DNA from: Chrysemys picta bellii
Taxonomy: Eukaryota
Length of the DNA stretch: 64,000 nucleotides
Reading direction: 5' to 3'
Assembly: GCF_011386835.1 (NCBI RefSeq)
Contig: NC_088793.1
Coordinates: 201,500,001 to 201,564,000 of the forward strand
Shown here: piece by piece, positions 52,540 to 62,974 of the stretch
Layout: each line of letters starts with the position of its first letter
Numbering within the stretch: the stretch's first letter is position 1
Made by a program: the position numbers and the translations under genes
Notes under the pieces: model-generated
Seen by the model: only the letters and a program-made list of their open reading frames with translations
Told to the model about the DNA's origin: nothing
The model's database searches: none

Positions 52540-52870
52540 AAAGGAAGTATTTCTTCACACATTGCACAGTCAACCTGTGAAACTCCTTGCCACAGGATGT
52601 TGTGAAGGCCAAGACCATAACAGGGTTCAGAAAAGAACTAGATAAGTTCATGGAGGATAGGTCCATCAATGGCTATTAGCCAGGGTGGGCAGGAATGGTG
52701 TCCCTAGCCTCTGTTTGCCAGAAGCTGGGAATGAGCGACAGGGGATGGATCATTTGACGATTACCTGTTCTGTTCATTCCCTCTAGGGCACCTGGCACTA
52801 GCCACTGTTGGAAGACAGGATACTGGGCTAGATGGACCCTTGGTCTGACCCAGTAGGGAAATTCTTATGT
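52540..52870 (+). mobile_element. CR1 LINE 3' end
   Basis: AAGGAAGTATTTCTTCACAC...GGATACTGGGCTAGATGGACCCTTGGTCTGACCCAGT...TTCTTATGTTC. Confidence 0.93.
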
Positions 52871-54278
52871 TCATGCTATGTGGTTACAGCTTGATTTATC
52901 CTGGTAGTGCTTAATCACTCAGCTGAAAGCACTTGTATAACCACATACACAGTGCCACAGAAGAATACACAGAGCAGTATGATGCGCTCCCAAGAATTAT
53001 TAAACGAAGTAAAATGAAATAATGGTCAATACAGAACTGAGCCAGGCTTAACGTATTTCAACAGGAAACAAAGAAAGCCCTGTTTTAATCTGCGCTGTTA
53101 GGGCTTGCCTTTAGGTACATAGGAAAAATGTTTACTAAATAACTCAAATACTTAGCAGTGAGCTACATTTTTATTTCAAGCTGAATTAGCAGCAAGCATG
53201 CACATGCCAAAAAAAAAGAAAGGTGAGCAAAGGGCCAAACTGTTGAGGGTATCAAATCATTCGGCCGGGCTTTTGGGAAACAAAATCTTCCATTTTCAAA
53301 GAGTGGATCCTTTTTAAATAAAAAGCTTCCCTGTTTCCAACAATTGTGTCTCAGTTCCCATCACTGGGGCATTGTTGGGATGTGACAGTAAGGCTAGGGA
53401 AGCCCCAGGCAGGGTTGAAAAACACAGAAGGGACAAAGGCTGCTTAAAGCGATCTTTTCCCACCTCTGTTCCTGGTCTGAGTACAGCTTAGCCAGGGCCC
53501 TGTGTGTTGTTGTTCCCTTGTGCACCACGTCAGACTACATTCTCAGTAACTCAACCCAGCGAGCCGCTGGCTTATGCTCCCTTCTGGGGCCTGTCTATCT
53601 CAGAAGGCTGGCCAGGCCTACAGGTGTTAAAAGATCAGCTTCTACTATGGAGCCAAATTCAACTTGGCACTTATTGCCATGTTTTGCAGGGGTCAGTGTT
53701 TGCATTCCTTGCATGTCCTACTACCAATTATCTCCAGGGCAGAAAACAGTGGTCAGTGTGAAGGACAACATGCTGCTTAATCTCCCAACATTTATTACTC
53801 TATACACTCTCCCTTTTATTAATTAATGTTATTAATTACATTAAGGGCCAAATAGTCCTTCCTTACTCACAGAGAGCTCCCATTGACTGCAACTCGCAAT
53901 TGGCCCATCAAGGGTACCTCCAGTCTGAAAAGTGACTATGTGATCTGGAAGGCGGCCATGTTCTCCCTTACTCGGAAAATCTGCCCTCTGTGGGTATTCA
54001 AAGACTTTTCTGCTCAATGTCGCATCTAAGATCAAGTTCTTTTGCTGTTAGTTCTGCAGTATTAACACAGATCTGACAGTAAGCTGGATTCTATCCTCTC
54101 TTGTGCATCCTCATCAGAATAGTTGGCTAAATTCCTATCAGCTACACCTGTTATTATCTACATTCTGGTAGCTCCTTGAAGGCACCAACCAAGATCAGGG
54201 AACTCTCTTGCTAAGCACTGTATAAACATGCAGGAAGAGACAATCCCTGCCCCAAAGAAGGTTTACAATCTAATAGAC

Positions 54279-54800
54279 CAGAAGTTCTCAAACCAGAGGG
54301 AAGCTCCCCCTGCCCCAGGGCAGGGGGGGACATGTAATGTATGGGGAAGGGGGACGTGAGAAGATTTAGGAAAAAATAAAAAACCTACTGCACATATTTT
54401 ACCCCCAGCAATGAATCACTAGCAAAGCTGAATCCTCCAGACACATCAGGTCCTCAGCTGGTGCTGTGCATTTTGACAGATTTCTGTTTAAGCTTGCCCA
54501 GCATTATACAGAGTCGTTGCCATCTGTACGTCCATCCATTTGTTACGACGCAGTGTGCACATTTAATTGGGAGTGTGGCGCACAATCGCAGTTTTGCTTT
54601 TGTTCTTATGACAATGAATCGTTGGCTCATTCGTGCAACAGAAAGAAAAAACCCAACTCAAGTGAAAAACAAAGAAGCCAAAATGGATTTAAGTGAAGCA
54701 AGGGCACCGCATATATCGGTTATGTATTTGTGTGGAAGGGGCGTAAACTACTATAGACCCAAAGAAAGGGGGTGTGATCAAATACGTTTGAGAACCGCCG
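54279..54800. mobile_element. hAT-Charlie non-autonomous element
   Basis: TIRs CAGAAGTTCTCAAAC/GTTTGAGAACCGCCG; perfect 8-bp TSD TAATAGAC. Confidence 0.9.
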
Positions 54801-55868
54801 TAATAGACAAAGGATAGCACTGGCTCAGAGAGATGTATTGACTCACTGAAGGTCATAGGGAACCTAGATGTTCTAGATCACAATCTAGTGGCCCATTTCT
54901 GGATCATGCTATCCCTCTGCAGGTCCATTTTAGAAAATGGCAGACACCCCACTGGGTCCCAATTCCTCTGGGACTTTCGTTTTCCACCGAGGAGGGAGAG
55001 TATGCTATGCCAGCCCTTTAGACGATACGGTGCAAAAGTACTGCTTTTACACATCCACATTTCAGAGAAGAGCTACCCTTTCCATAGAGTTTCTTTGCAA
55101 AGTGGTCCCAGTTCATATGGGACCTGATCCGAAGTCAATGAGGGTTTTTTCCATTTCCTTCAATGGACTCTGGATCAGGGTCAGAATTTAGACAGAGTAG
55201 AAAAAAAACCTGAATCTTACCATTGTCCATTGATAAGAGTACAGGTTTTTCTTGGAGGAAGCACATAGAAAAGAGACGTTTCTTGAAAGACTGAGCGGAG
55301 ATGATCAAAGATGCCTTACTCCAAGTCAATGGGAGTCGGGTGTTTTGCAAATCTCCTCCATCAGTCACAGAAAAAGACACTTGCAGCTGACCTTCGGGGA
55401 TGCTGTATTTGCCACTCTCAGTAGTCTGTTATTTGACATGAGTTATAGAAAAAAAAATGGTTCTGTGTATAAATGAAAAATCAGTTGAATGTGCATTTTA
55501 GGCATATTTGTACAGATTTGTATAAGGCAATCCAAATACTAAGGAAAAGAGGAAGTGTACTTTAATGTACAGGAGGTAAAACAAACATCAGTCTTTTCTG
55601 GTACAAAAGCATCTGTGGCACATTGTCAGCTTTTCAACATTTAGAGTATGCTCTGCACAATAGCTGCTTAATACCCTGGCTTGTAGTCAAAACCACCATC
55701 TATCCACAGTTCTTAAAAAAAGAACTTCCTTTGCCCTCTGCTCATAGATAATGTAGTAAGGCTTTTCTACCTATTGCCATCATAGAACAAAGCTGGCCTG
55801 TTTCCCCGGGGAAACTATGCATTTCTGTGGGCATCCATTGAACCTTTTGGTGAAGGTGAGACCTTTTA

Positions 55869-56358
55869 GGGTATGTCTGCACTGAAGAATTAACTCTAGC
55901 AACCGGATCTAAGCCCCAGGACTAGCCTAGCTGGGGTGTGAGCAGCCCCACCGCAAAGCCCTACCTGATTTACTATGTCCTCACTGATGCTGCGCTCTGC
56001 CACAGGTGTAGCTAGCACTTCTGGGGGCATATCTTGAGGTTCTTTGCAGTGCAGTAAAGTAAGGCGCTCTATGATTCTTTGCAAGTGAATTGTGAGAGCA
56101 CCTGTCTGTCTTTCCGGACTCACAGGGGAATTGTGGGAAAGCACAGGTGGATGATTTAGTTTGAATCCTCACCGCATGATGGGCAGGTTACCAATGAAGG
56201 AGAACACTGGCTCTAACCCATTGCTCCAGCAGTGCCAGCTAGCCTAGGGTTAAAGCTCCACCACACTCGTGTGAAAGGTTTGTGTGTGTGGATGGGAGAG
56301 GGGTTAGTAGCAACACCCTCATGAGAGCCCAGGCTAATACTACAGTGAAGACACACCC
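55869..56358. mobile_element. Harbinger MITE
   Basis: GGGTATGTCTGCACTG...CAGTGAAGACACACCC termini. Confidence 0.8.
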
Positions 56359-56514
56359 CGAGGGTCAGAGTTCCAATGATAAGAGAACTCGGGTGCTTCA
56401 AAGCTTGCAAAATAACATTTAATTTATGACGGGATTAAGTAAGAGGAAAGCATATCATCTTTCTGGCAGCAAGGCTAGCTGATGAGCTAAGAGCTGTGAA
56501 TGCCCACGCAATCT

Positions 56515-56611
56515 GCAGACCTGAAGCAAAGCTCGGTGCAGCTCCACAGCTTGTCTCTTTCAGCAACAGAAGTTGGTCGAATCAAAGAGATTTCCTCACC
56601 CAACTTGTCTC
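56515..56611 (+). mobile_element. Penelope terminal fragment with a decayed hammerhead motif
   Basis: AGACCTGAAGCAAAGCTCGGTGCAGCTCCACAGCTTGTCTCT...AGAAGTTGGTCGAAT...CCTCACCCAACTTGTCTC; homologous to 35948-36044. Confidence 0.8.
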
Positions 56612-57056
56612 ACACAATCTATAGCCGTTAAAGTGTCCGTTAAAGACAACAGTCACCTGTGGCCCTGCGCAAAAAGGAAGCTTCAACTATCTCCTCAAAT
56701 CCTTCTTTTAACTCTATCCATTCGAATGAGTCTCATTCATTCCAATTCTGAATCGACCACCACCACCACCAAAATGACAGAAGCAGAATTTCTCACTAGT
56801 GCATCACCGTCTTGAATACAAACCCTCCTTGGAATCTCCTCTAGCCAAGCCAAAGGTTTCACAGTTCTATAATAATCCGTATGTGTTTTCATCGAGATGT
56901 CAGCCTCAGCCTCTTTTTGGAAAGCGCCTCCTTCTTGCAGGCCTGAAAACAAGTACACACGGACACCAAATGCTGAGGTTCACTAGCCCTTGGTTAATCT
57001 TTAACCCTTCTGGGCTGTTTGAATTGATGGGAGAGGAAGGATGGTCTTCTGCATAA

Positions 57057-57200
57057 AATCCATAAGTTCCAAGGCCAGAAGGGACCATTGTGATCATTTT
57101 ATGTAACCTCCAGTATACCACAGGCCTCAGAATGTCCCCAAACTAATTCCTAGAGCAGATCTTTTAGCAAAACACCCAATCTTGAGTTTAAAATTGTCTT
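57057..57200 (-). mobile_element. CR1 3' fragment
   Basis: AAGGCCAGAAGGGACCATTGTGATCA... is the reverse complement of a CR1 tail; similar to 58138-58400. Confidence 0.8.
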
Positions 57201-57802
57201 TATTGCTGGCAATGGCCTTTGGATGGAGAAAAATGAAGCTGGAACTATTTTACGCAGCACTGGAACCGGAGAGAGCAGTAACACTGGTGTCCGTTTACCT
57301 GGAAAGATATGGTAGTGTCCTTTTTCAGCGATGGCAAGCTGGCCTCCTGGGAGATTAAACACCACCAGATAAAAGAATTCTTGTTGGGTTTTTTTTGAGA
57401 TGCTGCCAGTGTTATCAAAAATTAAATACAAGGTGAGATAGAAAGCTCCGTACCTCAACTGGGTTCAACTGGGTCATAGTTTTGGGAAGTTCAAATGTTT
57501 CCTTCTCAGAAAAAAAAAAAAAAAAAGCTCCCAGGCAAGAAACTGAGTCTGACACTCGTTTTTATTCTGCCAGCAGTCAAGGGAGAACAGTACCAGGCAA
57601 CAACGCAAAGTACTGACCACCTCCCAACACCCCAATCATATCAGAGGTTGGGTACGGAAGGATAAGAATTGGCTCACATGCTTTCTCATCTTCACTCTAG
57701 CTGGGATTTTCAAAGCTACCTAAAAGGAACTAGGCATCCAGGTTTAATTGAATTTGACCTTTGAAAATCTCCGTCTCTACTCTAAAGGCACTTTGAAAAT
57801 GA

Positions 57803-58066
57803 GGGCTTATCTATACTAGAAATGCTAGAGCGACACAGTTGCAGCACAGACACTTACCTCAGCAGCAGACGGGGTTCTTCTGTCATTTTAGTAAATCCAC
57901 CTCTCCTAGAGTTGGTAGCTAGGCTGACAGAAGAATTCTTTGGTTCACCTAGCAGTGTCTGCACTGGGGTGTAGGCCCCCTTAACTATGTCGCACAGGGC
58001 ATGACATTTTTCACAGCTCTGAGCGATGTAGTTAGGTCAACCTAACATTGGAGTGTAGATCAGGCC
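57803..58066. mobile_element. Harbinger MITE
   Basis: GGGCTTATCTATACT...AGTGTAGATCAGGCC; TGA TSD on both sides. Confidence 0.85.
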
Positions 58067-58137
58067 TGACTGGATATTAAAGTTAGTTCCTGCAGAAAGA
58101 GAAGAGTTCAGGTGTTACATGTAAGCCTCAAAGCCAC

Positions 58138-58400
58138 AATTCATAGATGTCATGACCAGAAGGGACCACTGTGATAATTTAATCTGACCTTCTGCATAGC
58201 TCAGGCTAGAGAACGTCCCCAAAATCACTCTTGTTTGAAATAGAGCATTTCTCTTAGAAAAACCATCCAATTTTGATTTGAAACTTGCCAGTAATGGAGA
58301 ATTCACCACAACCCTTGGGAAATTGTTCTAGTTTTCCCATCTCTCAATAATGTACGCCTTATCCCCAGTCTGAATTGGTCTAATTTCAACTTCCAATCAT
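58138..58400 (-). mobile_element. CR1 3' fragment
   Basis: GACCAGAAGGGACCACTGTGAT...GGAGAATTCACCACAACCCTTGGG...AATTTCAACTTCCAATCAT. Confidence 0.8.
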
Positions 58401-61400
58401 CACCAATACGAACTTGTACCATCACAGCCCAGTTTGGCGCCAGTGAAGATTTGTGTGAAACTGGGCCTAAAGTCAGGAGTGACTACGGATAAAGATGACA
58501 CCAGGAGAGCCGTTAGCTTGTATAGTAGGCCTGAGATTCACTTCCTGACTTGAAAGGTGTGTGTGTCTGGTTGTTATAAGTAATAAGCCCAGGTTCTCAT
58601 GCAATGGTGAAAGTCGCCAGAATTAGGAAAAGCCAAACATTAAGGTTCCATCAGCAACACTACACAAGCTGTGTACTTTACGCTACTATTACAACAAACA
58701 GCAATATGTCGAGCTACATTTTTCACCAGGAAAAAACAAACAGAAAATAAGTGCAACATGGCTAAGCTGATGTATCTACTTAAATTCTGCATTTCCTGAC
58801 TTGGACCCCACAGTTTATAGATCCAAAAGCAACAATGTTGGCTTAACTCTTCTCTCTTTTGAAGTCAATGGTAAAACTCTTATGGATGTCAGTGGGATCT
58901 GTTAGGCCAATGCTGAATGCTTTGGAAAATCCAACCCTGCAACCTGAATGATTCTTTTCTTTGTTGCGGTTTTTTAAGGATTAAAAGAAAAGACAGTCTT
59001 AAGAGCAGCATAACTCTTCAGATGCCTCGAATTCTCATGCTTGAGCTACTTCACATGATGAAGCAAACATCTTTTTAACTGCTCTACAAATTTAAGGTAG
59101 CACAAACACATAGGTCTTAATCCACTTCTCAGTGACGTCAATGGAAAGACTCTTCCCTTCAAAGGGCATGGCATTGAGCCCCTAAACCACCTCATAACAA
59201 GAGAATTTTTAAATGGCTGAAGAGATTTTGCTCAAAGTTTCCAGAAATATTGACTTTTGTACAAAGACTAAGCATGTCCCCAGAAAGTGATGTTTCCCCT
59301 CAGAAAATGATGAGTATATAAAACACTGGGTTATAATGGAAACTGTTTGCACCTTGACTATAAAAGGAACTACCAAGTGCCCACTCTCATAATGCCAATC
59401 TGGCAGCGGTTTTTGTTTGATCATTGCAGTCTCTATTAACCCCTTGATTACATTGTAATATAAATCCGTATTCACTGCAAACTGCAGGGAGAATTTAGTG
59501 GGGACATAACATGGTTTGATGGCTCTATAACAGTCTTTACCTTAATTAGAAAGTGAATCATACAACTTGTTAATTCATTTGTGACAAAATTAGCAGATGC
59601 CCATGTTAGTGGATAGGTAATATGCCTCAAGTATGCTTTGGGTCTGATCCCACAAGTATCTCTTGCAAAAGGATGATTGGCCCAAATATCATTGACCCAC
59701 AGAACCTCACAATAGGTCATTTATTATCAACATATCCATAGGATTATAGGCTTTCTTGGGGTGAAAAAACCCAAAAGCCAGGGTCATAGTACCCTGACAT
59801 ATGTCCCTGCACTGTTACTAACGCATAGAAAGAATAGCAACAAAGAAATCAGAAAAAATGTTGAGCGTCCCAGGTAAAATTTCTGCAGCCATGTTTCTGA
59901 GCATTTACAGATTATACACTTCTAGCAAATGGGAATTCTTTATCCTGATGCACTGTCATAGACCTGGCCGGGCTTATGACAGGAAACACAATCTTTGTGG
60001 CAGTACAGTACAACAAGATCCATGCAACCTGACCGGCAGACATTAAAGGTAAATATTCATGAAAGCCTGTTGAATGGCTAAAACCTATTTTCTAAATTGT
60101 GCATTTTAGATCTCAGGTTAAAAAGTCTATGAACATAATGTATATTACTGGAGACATGTGCCATGACCGCTGCTTGACCCAACGCCACATGGATAGGGTT
60201 CATTTTGGCATTACAGTCCCTAGTATAGCATTTCAAACACAGAGTCACAACGTTTATTGCTTGTCAGATGGACTGTAAAATCTCACTAGTGTTCATAATA
60301 GGATTATGCAAGTTGTTTATTGTTTGAAAAATAATATGAGCATTATCCTCTGTACCTTTCAAATGGGTTTTACTTTTATAGGAATTAGGAAGTCCAATTT
60401 TTTATTACTTGAAGTAAATATTAGCTTTCAGCTTTACAAATTACGGCTCATTTAGGGCACATATTTCAATGATATTAAAGGTGGAAAACAAGAATTTGCT
60501 AGGTAAACGGAAGCACAAAGAACATATTATAGTATAGAACCCTGATCACATACCTATATTTCTGACTACCCTTGAATACAGAGACTTAATATTGAAGAAT
60601 GTATGATGATGCCATTTTAAAGTGCTGCTGAGGAGATACGGATATAGGACCGGATTGAGGAGAACATCCCCATTCCGGAAAGAATTTAAGCACATACTTA
60701 ACTGTAGGCATATGCCTACATCCTACTGAAGTCAATGGGACTTAAACACATGCCTAGGTCCATCTCTATTCAGAACATCATAAGGCTTAGGAGCTTTCCT
60801 AAATCGGGACCGTAGTTGTATCTATTTTATACGCTTCTTTATCAGATTGTAAATTTACCATAGTTATTAAAATATATATAGTTTGACTCATTTTTAATGC
60901 TGGAGATGAGATGCTCTATTTTGGCAAAGTGGACTTCCCCAAAAACGTATGTCTAGAGACCACCCGAGCAAGTCAGGTGCTCCCTCACGACTTGGTGGAC
61001 AATGCCCTATTGACCTTCATTTTTCTAGGAGGGCTTCTCCCTGTCAAGCATTGTAGTTGCAGGGCTAACATTGCCTGTCAGAAGGCACTGATAGACTGGC
61101 CTTCTGATGCCTTTCCTAGAAATCTTACCTACTGGAGTTGGTCCCATCTAAAAATAGAGTATACCAGATTGCAAGCTCATCTTTTATCCATTCCTTTGTC
61201 ACCTCCTTGTGATAGGGCAGAAGGTACTCTGGAAGGCCACTCAGAAACCTCAGATAGCCCAGCATGTGGCAGAACAATCATTTAGTGATATATCCCAGGT
61301 GATAAATATTACAACTGGGGCAGCAGTGGCTGCTGGTTTGTTTATGGGAGCAATCCACGGTGTTCATTTTAAATCTACAAAGTCCTACACGATTTGCATC

Positions 61401-61699
61401 TTGACTGATCAAAAGCTTATTGAAGTCAAAGGAAAGATTCCCTCTGGGTTCAGATCAAGCCTTTACAGACCATCCCCCTCCTTAGACACCATCCCAAATT
61501 AGCTAATGATCTTGCTCAAAGTTTTTGGATTTGAACTCTAGGAGTGGACTGTTGACTGTAAGCATCATGTCTCTTTGATCTGACAAAGTCCCAAGTTTCC
61601 TGACGTTCAGGGCATGGCAAAAGGGGAAAATATTTGCTTTGGCTTTTACTTAGTAAATTCAGTGGTATTTTTTCAGGTGATCTGGCTAGATCTATTTTG

Positions 61700-61985
61700 A
61701 GTTACTTTTTGTTATTGTTATTTGTATTACAGTAGCACTGAGAGGCCCTGACAAAGAGAAGGGTTGCATTGTGGTAGGTGCTATATAAACACAAGAGACA
61801 GTGAGCCCTGAAGAACTTCAAACTGAAATACCCAAAACAGAAAAAGGAAGTTTTGTTATCGTCACAACTATCCATTTTATAGATGAGAAACTGAGGCATT
61901 TAAGTATCTTACCTAAGATTACACACACACAGTCTGTGACCAAGCTGGGAATAGAACCCTAATCTCCTGACTGTCTATGCCTTAC
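61700..61985 (-). mobile_element. MIR-like CORE-SINE, interrupted near its head by an LTR-like element
   Basis: TATCCATTTTATAGATGAGAAACTGAGGCA...GCTGGGAATAGAACCC. Confidence 0.8.
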
Positions 61986-62070
61986 TGTAAGGAGTTGGAC
62001 TCACCCCTGCGGCACCTCCTGCTGGTCCTCCTCAGGAATTAGCTCATCCCAGCTCCTGAGCGCCCTATGC
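61986..62070 (+). mobile_element. 5' part of a solo LTR-like element (family of 10468)
   Basis: TGTAAGGAG...ACTCACCCCTGCGGCACCTCCTGCTGGTC...GGAATTAGCTC...CCAGCTC...AGCGCCCT matches the start of 10468. Confidence 0.8.
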
Positions 62071-62603
62071 TAGGGTTACCATTCGTCCGGATTTACCCGG
62101 ACATGTCCTCCTTTTGTGTGCTAAAAATAGCGTCCGGGGGGAATTTGTAAAGCACTCACAATGTCCGGGATTTCCCCCTCCCCCGGCAGAGCGAGCGGCT
62201 GGGAGGGCTGCAGGAAAGTCCCGGGCTGGACTCCGGAGCAGCTTCCTCCTCCCACCCCCCCCTCCCTGCATTCTGAGCCGGCCGGCAGCTCCTCCTCCTG
62301 CAGCCCGCTCCGGCAGCCCTGTGCAGGGCCAGGGACCGGGTTTTGTGTTGTGCAGGGGAGCTCAGCCATGTGTCCGGCTGGCACAGAGCCCAACACCCTG
62401 TTCTGAGCAGCAGGGTAAGGGGGGGCAGGAGAAGGGACAGGGAGGTTCTGGAGGGGGCAGTCAAGAAACGGGGGGGGGGGCTTTTGGAGGGGAGTGGAGA
62501 AAGTTTTGGGCAGTCAGGGTACAGGTAGGGGGTAGGGTCCTGGGGGGCAGTTGGGGGGGGTCTTAGGAGGGGGCAGTTAGGGGACAAGGAACAGGGAGTC
62601 TTA
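62071..62603. mobile_element. hAT (Blackjack-like) MITE, left part, interrupted by R2
   Basis: TIR TAGGGTTACCATTCGTCC; subterminal GTCCGG/CCGGAC repeats; G-rich interior; no right TIR within the window. Confidence 0.85.
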
Positions 62604-62605
62604 AT

Positions 62606-62905
62606 GGCTCTCTTAATGGCTCTCCATGCGTCTCTGGACCCTCTCAGCTGTCGGGCTTGGACGGAAACATTGCCTGAGGGTAGTGAGAGAATGGGTTATC
62701 GGTGAGGTGGGGGTGGGCGTGAGCCCGGTCAATAGGGGCAACCCCTACCAAGATCTGAGCCTTTTCTCACACGCCCGTTAGAGCTCGACATTATGCTGTT
62801 TGGGACCCCTCTTTGAGGAAAGCCTCTGGATTGCAAGTCCAACCGCTACCTCCTCGTGGTGAGAGTCGGTAACTGGCTTGGATAGCCAGGCGGATTGCGG
62901 AGGAC
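62606..62905 (+). ncRNA. HDV-like self-cleaving ribozyme of the R2 5' UTR
   Basis: P1 GGCTCTC (62606-12 or 62618-24)/GAGAGTC (62861-67); P2 GTCC-AA-CCGC (62837-46)/GCGG-A-GGAC (62897-905); P3 ACC/GGT with L3 TCCTCGT; P1.1 CC/GG (62868-69); P4 CTGGCT/AGCCAG; candidate catalytic C62891. Confidence 0.85.
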
Positions 62906-62974
62906 GAACCCACATCCCACGTTCAGTGGGGTGTGGGACGGGGTTGGGCAGCCCCATATGGTGCCACATGGATG

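Noticed and set aside
56737-56958. TDYYR resembling a receptor tyrosine kinase activation loop
   Set aside because: No DFG, HRD or other kinase motifs nearby.
62114-62587. 150-aa and 143-aa ORFs just upstream of R2
   Set aside because: Inside the GC-rich hAT interior; not part of the R2 ORF.
62594-62616. 28S rRNA gene
   Set aside because: Only a 23-nt partial match; the flanks are TE-derived and no other rDNA sequence is present.
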